Shown here piece after piece: positions 1-10,055 of a DNA stretch of 64,000 nt; within the stretch, counting starts at the first letter, position 1, and the number at the start of each line of letters is the position of its first letter. Location of the stretch: the NCBI GenBank assembly GCA_963555825.3, contig CAUVXB020000001.1:672001-736000 (forward strand), in the 5' to 3' direction. Below the pieces are notes generated by a model, which searched no databases, was not told the DNA's origin, and worked only from the letters and a program-made list of their open reading frames with translations. The position numbers and the translations under genes are program-made. Origin of the DNA: Alphaproteobacteria bacterium. Lineage in GTDB: Bacteria; Pseudomonadota; Alphaproteobacteria; JAAXGF01.

Positions 1-1
1 C

Positions 2-658
2 GCCGATCTGCCCGAGGCGGCGGCGCCGCTCGCGCCGGGCCACGCGGTCGATGTGATGATCGAGCGCGTGCTGGCGGCGCCCGGCGAAGTCACGATCGCG
101 GCGCTGGGGCCGCTGACCAACCTCGCCTTGGCGATCGTCAAGGAGCCCCGGTTCGCGCCGGCGATCGGCGAGATCGTCTTAATGGGCGGCGCAATCGAAG
201 GCGGCAACGTAACGCCGCATGCCGAATTCAACGTCTATGTCGACCCGCACGCCGCGGCGATCGTGTTTGGCGCCAGGGCGCCGCTCACCATGATCGGTCT
301 CGACGTCACGCGCCGCGCTGTCGCGACGGCCGAACGCGTGGCGGCGATCCGCGCGATCGGCACGCCGGCGGCCAATACCGTCTCAGGTATGTTGTCGCTT
401 CACGTCGACGGTACCCCCGGCCCGACCGGCGAGGTCGGCGGCCTGGTCCACGACGCCTGCGTGAGCGGCTATCTTCTGCGCCCCGACCTCTTCACGGCGC
501 GGCCGATGGCGATCGCCGTCGAGACGGCCGATCCAGAGACGCGTGGCAAGACTGTCGTCGATGCCGCCGGTGCGCCGGCCAACGCCGACGTCATTCTCGA
601 CGTCGATGCCGACGGTTTCTTCGCTTTGTTGACCGAAAGACTCGCGACGCTGCCTTGA
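2..658 (+). CDS. Nucleoside hydrolase (IU-NH family), 5'-truncated by window edge
   Basis: Motifs LGPLTNLA, GGNVTPHAEFNVYVDPHAA and HDA; frame is open to the window start. Confidence 0.9.
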   Translation, partial: ADLPEAAAPLAPGHAVDVMIERVLAAPGEVTIAALGPLTNLALAIVKEPRFAPAIGEIVLMGGAIEGGNVTPHAEFNVYVDPHAAAIVFGARAPLTMIGLDVTRRAVATAERVAAIRAIGTPAANTVSGMLSLHVDGTPGPTGEVGGLVHDACVSGYLLRPDLFTARPMAIAVETADPETRGKTVVDAAGAPANADVILDVDADGFFALLTERLATLP

Positions 659-711
659 CCTCGCCGGTGATATGATAGTCGCGATTGTCTGACGGGATCG
701 GGAGGCTTGGG

Positions 712-849
712 ATGTATACGCTCGACTACGCGCCCGGAACGGCGGCGATGGTGCGCTGCGAGAACGCCGCGCGTCGCGTCGATCTGGTGGCCGGGCGCCC
801 GGCGGTGCAGCGTATCCAGGAAGCCCACGGCCGCGCCGTGCCGACGTAA
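712..849 (+). pseudogene. Internally deleted glutathione S-transferase remnant (45 aa)
   Basis: GGGAGG RBS, then MYTLDYAPGTAAMV (GST-like N-terminus) joined directly to RCENAARRVDLVAGRPAVQRIQEAHG (GST-like C-terminus, compare CPKIVRLANTVKLRPKILPIQE in the GST at 52696). Confidence 0.55.
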
Positions 850-939
850 TCGGCCTGCCGCAACGCCGAATTCTGGATATCGTGAAACCGAGGCCCAATC
901 TGAGTATCATGAACGACACGCGAAAACCCTGAACCGAAG

Positions 940-1647
940 ATGGGCGATAGAGACAAGAAGCTTCCATCGAAGTCATCGAGCGGCGAGGTCGACGCCTTCA
1001 TCGAGCGCCTCGCAGCAACGCCCGCGCTGCGTCCGGCGGGCAGCCGCGGGCGCTTGCTCTTCGCGATGGACGCGACTGCCAGCCGGGAGCCGACCTGGGA
1101 CCGCGCCTGCCAGATCCAGGGCGAGATGTTCGAGGCGACGGCGGCGCTCGGCGGTCTCGAAATTCAGCTCGCCTATTATCGGGGTTTCGGCCAGTTCAGG
1201 CATTCCAAGTGGCTGGCCGATTCGACGTCGCTGGTTAACCACATGACCGGCGTGCGTTGCCTCGGCGGCCTGACGCAGATCCGCAAGGTGCTGCGCCACG
1301 CGATCAAGGAAACCGGGCGGCAGAAGGTCGACGCCGTGGTCTTCGTCGGCGACTACGTCGAGGAGGATGTCGACGAAATCTGCCATCATGCCGGCGAACT
1401 CGGCCTCTTGGGCGTGCCCGCCTTCGTCTTCCACGAAGGCGGCGAGCCGCATGCCGCGAGCGCGTTTCGTCAGATCGCCCGGCTAACCAACGGCGCATAC
1501 TGCCCGTTTGACGCCGCCAGCGCGCGCCAGCTCAAGGAGCTGTTGAGCGCGGTCGCCGTCTATGCCGCGGGCGGCCGACGCGCGCTCGAAGACTACAGCA
1601 AACGGACCGGCGGTTCGGTGCCGCTGCTCGTCAGCCAAGTGAAATAG
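940..1647 (+). CDS. VWA domain-containing protein
   Basis: LLFAMDATASR (MIDAS-like DxTxS), GGLTQI, VFVGD. Confidence 0.8.
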   Translation: MGDRDKKLPSKSSSGEVDAFIERLAATPALRPAGSRGRLLFAMDATASREPTWDRACQIQGEMFEATAALGGLEIQLAYYRGFGQFRHSKWLADSTSLVNHMTGVRCLGGLTQIRKVLRHAIKETGRQKVDAVVFVGDYVEEDVDEICHHAGELGLLGVPAFVFHEGGEPHAASAFRQIARLTNGAYCPFDAASARQLKELLSAVAVYAAGGRRALEDYSKRTGGSVPLLVSQVK

Positions 1648-1658
1648 GGCGCGCGACG

Positions 1659-2393
1659 ATGCCGATCGGCTATCTGCTGCTGGGCTTCGCGCTCCTCGCG
1701 GGCCTGGTGCTGCTCGCGCGCTGGTTCGTCCGAGCCGACCCGAAGACGCTGGTGACCGTCGTCAAATGGGTCGGTACCGTGCTCGCCGCGCTGATCGCGA
1801 TGTTCCTGGTGGTCAGGGGACAAGCGCCGTTCGCCTTCGCGCTCGCCGTTGGCGCGTTGATGATGTGGCGCCGAATGCGCCGCCTCAGCTCGCTCGGCGG
1901 CATGTTCGGCGGTGCTTTTGGGCCACGCGGCGGCAGCGCCAAGCCGGGCCAGAGTTCCGACGTCGAGACCGGGTATCTGCGCATGTCGCTCGATCACGAC
2001 TCGGGTGAAATGGACGGCACCGTGCTGCAGGGCGCCTTCGAGGGGCGGACGCTGTCGGGTCTCAAACTCGACGAATTGCTCGATCTGCTCGCCGAATGCG
2101 CCCGCGCCGACGAACAATCGGCGCGCCTCGTCGAGGCCTACCTCGATCGAGCCGGCCACGACGACTGGCGCGAGCGGATGAATGCGCGACACGGCGCGCG
2201 AGGCGCGGCGGGGAAGGCCGACATGACGCCCGACGAGGCGCGCGAAATCCTCGGCGTCGGGCGCGAGGCGACGTCCGAGGAGATCAAGGACGCACACCGG
2301 CGGTTGATGCAAAAGAACCACCCCGATCGCGGTGGCTCGACGTTCCTCGCCGCGCAGATCAATCTCGCCAAGGAAGTGCTGCTCGGCGCCTGA
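1659..2393 (+). CDS. Membrane-anchored protein with C-terminal J (DnaJ) domain
   Basis: N-terminal hydrophobic helices; C-terminal EAREILGV...KNHPDRGGS with HPD motif. Confidence 0.85.
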   Translation: MPIGYLLLGFALLAGLVLLARWFVRADPKTLVTVVKWVGTVLAALIAMFLVVRGQAPFAFALAVGALMMWRRMRRLSSLGGMFGGAFGPRGGSAKPGQSSDVETGYLRMSLDHDSGEMDGTVLQGAFEGRTLSGLKLDELLDLLAECARADEQSARLVEAYLDRAGHDDWRERMNARHGARGAAGKADMTPDEAREILGVGREATSEEIKDAHRRLMQKNHPDRGGSTFLAAQINLAKEVLLGA

Positions 2394-2420
2394 CCGAACA
2401 CATGACGGAATTCCGTCCGG

Positions 2421-2460
2421 CGCGATGACGCGTCTGTCCATGGTGGGAAATCCGGGCTAG
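2421..2460 (+). repeat. Right-end remnant of the CTAG-ended MITE seen at 24358-24667
   Basis: cgcgatgacgcgtctgtccatggtgggaaatccgggctag vs cgcgatgacgcgcctgtctatggtgagaaatcccggctag at the 3' end of the full element. Confidence 0.8.
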
Positions 2461-2517
2461 TATCCGCCGCCGCGGCCAAGGCGGGCCGGGTTTGGGAGCG
2501 TGGGGGTCCAAGGATCG

Positions 2518-3399
2518 ATGTCTCGAGGCGTTCGAAAAGCGGTTTTCCCGGTCGGCGGGCTTGGCACCCGGTTTCTGCCGGCGACCAAGGCGATGCCGAA
2601 GGAGATGTTGACCGTGGTCGACAAGCCCTTGATCCAGTATGCGGTCGAAGAGGCGTATGCCGCCGGCATCGAGGAGTTCATCTTCGTCACCGGCCGCGGC
2701 AAGAGCGCGATCGAGGACCATTTCGATTATTCCTACGAACTGCATCAGGCGCTGGTCGCACGCAACAAGACCGAAGAGATCGAGAAGCTCGCGGCGACCA
2801 TGCCCAAGCCCGGTCGCGTCGCCTATACGCGCCAGCAGGAGCCGCTCGGCCTGGGTCACGCCGTGTGGTGCGCGCACAACTTGGTCGACGACGAACCCTT
2901 CGCGGTGTTGCTTGCCGATGATTTGGTGCTGTCGGAGAAACCTTGCCTCGCCCAGCTCGTCGACGTCTTCAACGAGACGGGTGGGAACGTCGTCGCCGTG
3001 ATGGACGTGCCCGCCGACCAAACCGATCGTTACGGCATCATCGCCGTGGGCGAGGACGACGGCCGCGTCGTCGAAACAACCGGCATCGTCGAGAAGCCGG
3101 CGCCCGATGCGGCGCCGTCGACGCTCGCCGTGGTCGGCCGCTATATTCTCTCGCCCTCGGTGTTCGAACACCTGGGCCGTCAGGAAGTCGGCGCCGGCGG
3201 CGAAATCCAGCTGACCGACGCCCTCGCGTCGATGATCGGCGCGATGCCGTTTCACGGCCTGCGCTTCGAGGGGAAACGTTTCGACTGCGGCACCAAGGTC
3301 GGATTCTTGAATGCTAACGTCGCCTTCGCGCTTTCGCGAGACGATTTGCGCGACGATGTCACCGAGATGCTGCGTGGCCTCGTCGCCGACATCGGCTAA
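2518..3399 (+). CDS. galU: UTP--glucose-1-phosphate uridylyltransferase
   Basis: KAVFPVGGLGTRFLPATKAMPKEML, QEPLGLGHAV, GEIQLTDA. Confidence 0.95.
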   Translation: MSRGVRKAVFPVGGLGTRFLPATKAMPKEMLTVVDKPLIQYAVEEAYAAGIEEFIFVTGRGKSAIEDHFDYSYELHQALVARNKTEEIEKLAATMPKPGRVAYTRQQEPLGLGHAVWCAHNLVDDEPFAVLLADDLVLSEKPCLAQLVDVFNETGGNVVAVMDVPADQTDRYGIIAVGEDDGRVVETTGIVEKPAPDAAPSTLAVVGRYILSPSVFEHLGRQEVGAGGEIQLTDALASMIGAMPFHGLRFEGKRFDCGTKVGFLNANVAFALSRDDLRDDVTEMLRGLVADIG

Positions 3400-3424
3400 C
3401 ACGCGAATTTGAGGATAGATACAT

Positions 3425-4753
3425 ATGCGGATCGCGATGATTGGCGCAGGCTATGTCGGCCTCGTTTCGGGTGCTTGTTTCTCCGAGTTCGGCGTCGACG
3501 TCGTCTGCGTCGATAACGACGCAAACAAGATCGACCGATTGCGCGACGGTCACATTCCGATATATGAACCGGGTCTCGACGACCTCGTCGGCCGCAATGC
3601 GGCGGCCGGCCGCCTGACATTCGGTACCGATACGGCCGCCGCGGTACGCGGTGCCGACGCCGTATTCATCGCGGTCGGCACGCCGAGCCGCCGCGGCGAC
3701 GGCCACGCCGACCTGAGCTATGTCCATGCCGCCGCGCACGAGATCGCCCAATCGCTCAACGGCTATACGGTGATTGTCACCAAGTCGACGGTGCCGGTGG
3801 GGACCGGTCGCGAGGTCGCGCGCATCGTCCGCGAGACGCGCCCCGACGCCGATTTCGATGTCGCCTCGAACCCCGAGTTTCTGCGCGAGGGCTCGGCGAT
3901 CAACGACTTCATGCGCCCCGACCGCGTCGTCGTCGGCATCGAGTCCGAGCGTGCCCGCGAAGTATTGTCGTCGATATACCGGCCCCTGTTCCTGATCGAG
4001 ACGCCGGTGTTGTTCACCGGCCTCGAGACCGCCGAATTGATCAAATACGCCTGCAACGGCTTTCTCGCTACCAAGGTCACTTTCATCAATGAAATGGCGG
4101 ACCTATGCGAAAAAGTCGGCGCCGACGTCCATGACGTCGCCCGCGGCATCGGCCTCGACGGCCGCATCGGTCGCAAGTTCCTGCACCCGGGCCCGGGGTT
4201 CGGCGGCAGCTGCTTTCCCAAGGACACGCTGGCACTGGCGCGTACGGCGAGCGAATACGGCGCGCCGGCGCGCATCGTCGAGACCGTGATCGAGGTCAAC
4301 GAGGCGCGCAAGCGGCGCATGGCCGACAAGATCGTCGCGGCGTGCGGCGGCAGCGTCGCGGGCAAGACCGTCGGCGTGCTCGGCCTGACCTTCAAGCCGA
4401 ACACCGACGACATGCGCGAATCACCCAGTCTGGCGATCGTGCCGGCGCTGCAAGCGGCGGGCGCGACGATCCGCGCATTCGACCCCGTCGGCATGACCGA
4501 AGCCAAGCGCCTGCTCGACGATGTGGTGTGGTGCGAGGATGCCTACGATGCGGCGATGCGCGCCGACGCGCTGGTCATCGTTACCGAATGGAACGTGTTC
4601 CGCGCGCTCGATCTGGCGCGCATCAAGTCGATCATGTCGGCGCCGCTGCTGATCGATTTGCGCAACGTTTACGAACCGGATGACGTCGCGCGGGCCGGTT
4701 TTGATTACGTCTGCGTCGGGCGCGGCAAGCCACCGACCAAAGCCGGGGAGTAG
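3425..4753 (+). CDS. ugd: UDP-glucose 6-dehydrogenase
   Basis: GAGYVG Rossmann motif, [18 protein letters not shown]. Confidence 0.95.
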   Translation: MRIAMIGAGYVGLVSGACFSEFGVDVVCVDNDANKIDRLRDGHIPIYEPGLDDLVGRNAAAGRLTFGTDTAAAVRGADAVFIAVGTPSRRGDGHADLSYVHAAAHEIAQSLNGYTVIVTKSTVPVGTGREVARIVRETRPDADFDVASNPEFLREGSAINDFMRPDRVVVGIESERAREVLSSIYRPLFLIETPVLFTGLETAELIKYACNGFLATKVTFINEMADLCEKVGADVHDVARGIGLDGRIGRKFLHPGPGFGGSCFPKDTLALARTASEYGAPARIVETVIEVNEARKRRMADKIVAACGGSVAGKTVGVLGLTFKPNTDDMRESPSLAIVPALQAAGATIRAFDPVGMTEAKRLLDDVVWCEDAYDAAMRADALVIVTEWNVFRALDLARIKSIMSAPLLIDLRNVYEPDDVARAGFDYVCVGRGKPPTKAGE

Positions 4754-4758
4754 GCTCG

Positions 4759-6147
4759 TTGGCGAGCGGCCACGTCTTGGATGCGACGATCCTGCGCGAG
4801 TACGATATCAGGGGCATCGTCGACAGAACTTTGACCGAAGCCGACGCGACGGCCATCGGACGCGCCTTCGCGAGCATCGTCCTCGGCCGGGGCGGCGGTC
4901 GACGCATCTGCGTCGGCTATGACGGCCGGGTCTCGTCGCCCAGGCTCGAAGGCGCGCTGGTCGACGGGCTGACCGGCGCCGGGATCGAGGTGCTGCGTGT
5001 CGGGCTGGGTCCGACGCCGATGCTCTACTACGCGGTGTTCCACCATGACGCGGATGGCGGCGTCATGATCACCGGCTCGCACAATCCGCCCGACCAGAAC
5101 GGCTTCAAGTTGATGATCGGCAAGGCCGCGTTCTATGGCGCCGACATCGTCGAGCTCGGCCAAGTGGCGGCTGATGGTGCGTTTGCCGAGGGAGCGGGTT
5201 CGGCGCGCGACACGCCGGTATTCGACGACTACGTCGCGCGGCTCGCCGAGGGTGTCGCCGGGCAGGGTCGCGAACTCAAGGTCGCATGGGACGCGGGCAA
5301 CGGCGCGGCGGGCGAGGCGATGGCGGCGTTGACCGCGCGGTTGCCGGGGACCCATATCCTGCTCAATGAGCGTATCGACGGCGCCTTTCCGGCCCATCAT
5401 CCCGATCCGACGGTCGCCGAGAATCTGGTGCAGCTGATCGATACGGTGCGCGCCGAGGGCTGCGACCTCGGCATCGGCTTCGACGGCGACGGTGATCGCA
5501 TCGGCGTGGTCGACGGGTGCGGCCGCATCGTCTGGGGCGACCAGTTGCTGGCGCTGCTTTCGGCCGACGTGCTCGCCCGGCGGCCGGGCGCGACGATCAT
5601 TGCGGACGTCAAGGCGAGCCAGGTTCTGTTCGACGAGATCGCGCGGCTCGGCGGCACACCGTTGATGTGGCGCACCGGCCATTCGCTGATCAAGTCCAAG
5701 ATGACCGAGGTCGGGGCGCCGCTGGCCGGCGAGATGAGCGGCCACATCTTCTTCGCCGACGACTACTACGGTTTCGATGACGCGCTCTATGCCGCGGTCA
5801 GGCTACTCGGCCTGGTCGCGCGATCGGACGAGAGTCTGGACCAACTGCGCGACCGCCTGCCGGATGCCGTGAACACGCCCGAGCTGCGTTTCGATTGCGC
5901 CGATGAACGCAAGTTCGCGGTCGTCGACGAGGTGCGCGCGCGGCTGACCGACGAGGGCGCCGATGTCGTCGATATCGATGGCGTGCGCGTGCGTACCGAC
6001 GACGGCTGGTGGCTGCTGCGCGCGTCGAATACTCAAGCGATGTTGGTGGCGCGCTGCGAGGCGGCGGACGAGGTCGGTCTGGCGCGGCTCAAATCGGACC
6101 TCGCCGGGCGCCTTGCCGCCTGCGGCGTGGTCCCGCCGGCGTTCTGA
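4759..6147 (+). CDS. Phosphomannomutase/phosphoglucomutase
   Basis: YDIRG, ITGSHNP, FDGDGDR, GEMSGH; TTG start. Confidence 0.92.
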   Translation: MASGHVLDATILREYDIRGIVDRTLTEADATAIGRAFASIVLGRGGGRRICVGYDGRVSSPRLEGALVDGLTGAGIEVLRVGLGPTPMLYYAVFHHDADGGVMITGSHNPPDQNGFKLMIGKAAFYGADIVELGQVAADGAFAEGAGSARDTPVFDDYVARLAEGVAGQGRELKVAWDAGNGAAGEAMAALTARLPGTHILLNERIDGAFPAHHPDPTVAENLVQLIDTVRAEGCDLGIGFDGDGDRIGVVDGCGRIVWGDQLLALLSADVLARRPGATIIADVKASQVLFDEIARLGGTPLMWRTGHSLIKSKMTEVGAPLAGEMSGHIFFADDYYGFDDALYAAVRLLGLVARSDESLDQLRDRLPDAVNTPELRFDCADERKFAVVDEVRARLTDEGADVVDIDGVRVRTDDGWWLLRASNTQAMLVARCEAADEVGLARLKSDLAGRLAACGVVPPAF

Positions 6148-6154
6148 GCGGGCC

Positions 6155-6778
6155 TCAACCGGCGGCGGCCTCGGAGATTTCCATGAATCCGCGGAAGACC
6201 ATGTCGCCGGCCACATAGCCGACGATGAGCAGCCCGACATACGCTATCCAGTGATGGCGTTCGAGAAGCTTGGCGATGTAGTTCGAGGCGACCGCCATCA
6301 GGGCGATCGACAGCGTCAGGCCGAAGATCAGAATACCGATGTGGTCACGCGCCGCGCCGGCCACCGCCAGCACGTTGTCGAGCGACATCGATACGTCGGC
6401 GACGACGATGGCGATCATCGCCTGACGCAGCGTCTTTACGTTACACGTCTTGCCCGATGCATCGTCGTCCGCGCCAGCACTTTGCATATGGCCGGCGCGG
6501 AGCTCGCGCCACATCTTCCAGCAGACCCAGGCGAGCAGCAGCCCGCCCGCCAGCGTCAGGCCGATGACCGCCAACAGATGAACGGTGATCGTCGCGAACA
6601 GGATGCGGAGTACGGTCGCCGCGCCGATGCCGACGATAATCGCGCGCCGCCGCAGTTCCGGCGGCAGGCCGGCCGCGGCCATGCCGATGATGATGGCATT
6701 GTCGCCGGACATGACGATGTCGATGACGATGACTGAGCCAAGCGCCGCCAGCTCCGGGCCGGTGAGAAACTGCCACAC
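6155..6778 (-). CDS. TerC/YjbE family membrane protein
   Basis: DIVMSGDNAIII and ADVSMSLDNVLAVAGAA motifs. Confidence 0.9.
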   Translation of the reverse strand: MWQFLTGPELAALGSVIVIDIVMSGDNAIIIGMAAAGLPPELRRRAIIVGIGAATVLRILFATITVHLLAVIGLTLAGGLLLAWVCWKMWRELRAGHMQSAGADDDASGKTCNVKTLRQAMIAIVVADVSMSLDNVLAVAGAARDHIGILIFGLTLSIALMAVASNYIAKLLERHHWIAYVGLLIVGYVAGDMVFRGFMEISEAAAG

Positions 6779-6879
6779 GCGCGAACGCCGCCCCCTGAAA
6801 TCGCTCCCGCTCTTAGATAAGCGGCGCGGCGCGGCAGCACAAGTCCGCAGTGATCGCCCCGGCTTTGCCGGACATTCCG

Positions 6880-6895
6880 TTAATGCTAGGTTAAC
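6880..6895 (+). promoter_or_regulatory. Candidate CtrA binding site (TTAA-N7-TTAAC)
   Basis: TTAA tgctagg TTAAC, exact match to the established alphaproteobacterial CtrA consensus, in a divergent intergenic region. Confidence 0.6.
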
Positions 6896-6924
6896 GGCCG
6901 ACGAAACCCCGACGACGGTCGATC

Positions 6925-8121
6925 ATGTCTGATGCCCGCGCCGCTGCATTGCCGCGCGCCACGCTCGATCTCGGCGAGACCTTTGCCGAGATTCGCGCGC
7001 CTTTGCGCGCGTTGTGCGCCGAGTACCCGGGCGCCTATTGGCGTGAACTCGACCGCGACCGCGCCTATCCGGAGGCCTTCGTTGCCGCGTTGACCGAGGC
7101 CGGCTATCTCGCGGCGCTGATCCCCGAGGAATTCGGCGGCAGCGGCCTCGGCATCGACGCCGGCGTGGCGATCCTCGAGGAGATTCAGAAGGCCGGCTGC
7201 AACGCCGCCGCCTGCCACGCCCAGATGTACACCATGGGCACGCTGCTCAAGCACGGCTCGGACGCGCAGAAGGCGGCCTATCTGCCAAAGATCGCGTCGG
7301 GCGCGCTGCGCCTGCAGGCCTTCGGCGTGACCGAGCCCGAATGTGGTACCGACACGACGCGGCTGCGCACCACCGCCGAGCGGCGCGGCGACGGCTATGT
7401 GATCAATGGTCAAAAGGTGTTCATCTCGCGTAGCGAACACTCGGATTTGATGTTGCTCCTGGCACGCACCAGCCCGCTCGATGAGACGGCCAGGCGCGGT
7501 GACGGCCTCTCGGTGTTCCTCGTCGACATGCGCGACGCGGTGGGCAAAGGCCTGACCATCCGGCCGCTGCGCACTATGCTCAATCACGCGACCACCGAGC
7601 TGTTCTTCGATGATCTTCGGATTCCCGCCGACAGCCTGATAGGCGAGGCGGGCAGGGGTTTCGGCTATATCCTTGACGGCATGAATGCCGAACGCATCCT
7701 AATCGCCGCCGAATGCATTGGCGACGCCCGCTGGTTTATCGCCAAGGCGACGGATTACGCGCGCGAGCGCCGCGTCTTCGACCGCCCGATCGGCCAAAAC
7801 CAGGGCATCCAGTTCCCCATCGCGCGCGCCTACGCTGCGACCGAGGCGGCGGACCTGATGGTGCGCAAGGCGGCGGCGCTGTTCGACGCCGGCGAGGCTT
7901 GCGGATCCGAAGCCAATATGGCGAAGCTGTTGGCCGCCGACGCCTCATGGGCGGCGGCCGACATGTGCCTGCAGACGCACGGTGGCTTTGGCTTCGCAGA
8001 GGACTACGACGTCGAACGCAAGTTCCGCGAGACGCGGCTCTACCAGGTCGCGCCGATCTCGACCAATCTGATCCTCGCCTATCTCGGCGAGCATGTCCTC
8101 GACCTGCCGCGCTCGTATTAG
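6925..8121 (+). CDS. Acyl-CoA dehydrogenase
   Basis: AFGVTEP, INGQKVFIS, QTHGGFGFAEDYDVERKFRE. Confidence 0.92.
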   Translation: MSDARAAALPRATLDLGETFAEIRAPLRALCAEYPGAYWRELDRDRAYPEAFVAALTEAGYLAALIPEEFGGSGLGIDAGVAILEEIQKAGCNAAACHAQMYTMGTLLKHGSDAQKAAYLPKIASGALRLQAFGVTEPECGTDTTRLRTTAERRGDGYVINGQKVFISRSEHSDLMLLLARTSPLDETARRGDGLSVFLVDMRDAVGKGLTIRPLRTMLNHATTELFFDDLRIPADSLIGEAGRGFGYILDGMNAERILIAAECIGDARWFIAKATDYARERRVFDRPIGQNQGIQFPIARAYAATEAADLMVRKAAALFDAGEACGSEANMAKLLAADASWAAADMCLQTHGGFGFAEDYDVERKFRETRLYQVAPISTNLILAYLGEHVLDLPRSY

Positions 8122-8250
8122 AACGCGGATTCATGTACGCGCGGCAAGACGCCGGTCGAAGCGGCAGCTCCCGGGGGGTGCGCTCGGATAACCGCTTCCT
8201 GCTCATAAGCGGACACCGCGCGATTTCCCCGCCGATGTCCGCAGGTGACC

Positions 8251-9935
8251 CAGCCTGTGTGAAAACGTCGATGGTGTTATGATTCTCTTGTGCTTTGGCG
8301 GGAGGGTCTGATGAAGCGTTTTGTGGAGGGTGTCGATCGCAGCCAGGGCACGTTGTTTCCCGAGCGCCTGGAAGACTGGATCGGCGACGACAACCCGGTT
8401 CGGGCGATCGACGTCTTCGTCGATGAGCTCGATCTTGGGGGTCTCGGCTTTAACCGGGTCGCGCCGCTGGCGACCGGCAGGCCGGCCTATCATCCTTGCG
8501 ATTTGTTGAAGCTCTACATCTACGGCTATCTCAACCGGGTTCAGTCGAGCCGTCGGCTCGAGAGGGAGGCCGGGCGCAATGTGGAAGTGATGTGGCTGGT
8601 CGGCCGGCTGGCGCCGGATCACAAGACGATCGCCGACTTCCGCAAGGACAACGGCGGAGCGATCCGCAAGGTCTGCGCCCGGTTCGTCGCCCTGTGCCGG
8701 CAACTGGGGCTGTTCGCCGAGGCGAGCATGGCGATCGACGGCAGTAAGTTCAAGGCGGTCAACAGCCGGGACAGGAACTTCACGCGGGCCAAGATGGCGC
8801 GGCGGGTGGCGCAGATCGAGGCGAGCGTTGCGCGCTATCTGGACCAGTTGGACAGCGCCGACCGGCAAGAGCCGTCGCTGGCGCGGACGACCAAGACGAC
8901 TCGTCTGGCCGACAAGATTGCGATCCTCAAGCAGGAGATGCGGCGCCTGAAGGCGCTTGAAGTCGAGAGGCGTGCGAGCCCGGACCAGCAGGTCTCTCTG
9001 AGCGATCCCGATGCCCGCTCGATGGCGACGAGCGGCCGGGGTTCCGGCGTGGTGGGCTACAACGTTCAGGCCGCCGTCGACACCAAGCATCACCTGATCG
9101 TCGCCCACGAGGTGACCAATCAGGGCACTGACCGCGCGCAACTCTCAGCCATGGCCAAGCAGACCAAGGCCGCTCTGGAGACCGACGAGCTGGATGTCGT
9201 TGCCGATCGCGGCTACTACAACGGCAAGGAGATTCTGGCCTGCGATCAGGCCGGCATCACCGTCACGTTGCCTAAGCCGCTGACCTCTGGAGCCAAGGCC
9301 AAGGGCCGCTTCGGCAAACAGGACTTCGTCTATCTGGCCGCCGACGATGTCTATCGCTGCCCGGCCGGCGAGCGTTTGGTCTACCGCTTCACCAGCCAGG
9401 AGAGGGGGCTGAGCATGCGGCGCTACTGGACCAACGCCTGTCAGGGATGCGCCATCAAGCATCGCTGCACCACGGCCAAGCAGCGCCGGATCACCCGTTG
9501 GCAGCACGAACACATTCTCGAGGCCGTCGAGAGGCGGCTCGACGAGCACCCGGAGGCGATGCGTCGGCGGCGCGAGACGGCCGAGCATCCCTTCGGCACC
9601 CTCAAGGCCTGGATGGGCGCGACGCACTTTCAGATGAAGACGCTGAAGCGGGTGAGGACCGAGATGGCCTTGCACGTGCTGGCCTACAATCTGACCCGGG
9701 TCATGAGCATCATTGGCATCCGTCCGCTCATGGCGGCGATCAGGACGGCATAGGCGCCCCTGCGCCGACAATTACGCCCATACCCGGCCACATCGCGGCT
9801 CACAACGGCGCCAGCCGGCCGAAAAGCCCGCACGAGCGGCGAAAATCCATAATCCCGGAAAACACGTCCCGACTGATCATCCAAACCCAAAGACGCGCCA
9901 CACAGAAATAGCAGCAAACGTTCTCACACAGGCTG
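8251..9935 (+). mobile_element. IS1182 family insertion sequence
   Basis: Terminal IRs cagcctgtgtgaaaacg / cgttctcacacaggctg; 4 bp DR GACC (8247-8250, 9936-9939). Confidence 0.9.
8311..9753 (+). CDS. IS1182 family transposase
   Basis: GRPAYHP, SSRRLE, PDHKTIADFR, IDGSK, ADRGY, EHPFGTLK. Confidence 0.92.
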   Translation: MKRFVEGVDRSQGTLFPERLEDWIGDDNPVRAIDVFVDELDLGGLGFNRVAPLATGRPAYHPCDLLKLYIYGYLNRVQSSRRLEREAGRNVEVMWLVGRLAPDHKTIADFRKDNGGAIRKVCARFVALCRQLGLFAEASMAIDGSKFKAVNSRDRNFTRAKMARRVAQIEASVARYLDQLDSADRQEPSLARTTKTTRLADKIAILKQEMRRLKALEVERRASPDQQVSLSDPDARSMATSGRGSGVVGYNVQAAVDTKHHLIVAHEVTNQGTDRAQLSAMAKQTKAALETDELDVVADRGYYNGKEILACDQAGITVTLPKPLTSGAKAKGRFGKQDFVYLAADDVYRCPAGERLVYRFTSQERGLSMRRYWTNACQGCAIKHRCTTAKQRRITRWQHEHILEAVERRLDEHPEAMRRRRETAEHPFGTLKAWMGATHFQMKTLKRVRTEMALHVLAYNLTRVMSIIGIRPLMAAIRTA

Positions 9936-10055
9936 GACCCGAAGCGGACATTGGCGCAACTCAACTCCTGCGGACTTTTAGCCCGCGCGTGAGTCGGACC
10001 CGATTTCCTTGGACACAGAATTGGCTTAATCGAAGTGTCCAAGGAGGACCGGAAC

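Larger units (their letters stand above)
8188..9952. repeat. Hairpin-pair module (30 bp unit, 17 bp spacer, 29 bp unit), the 29 bp unit split by IS1182
   Basis: ataaccgcttcctgctcataagcggacacc (8188-8217), 17 bp, then atgtccgcaggtgacc[IS]cgaagcggacatt (8235-8250 plus 9940-9952). Confidence 0.65.
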
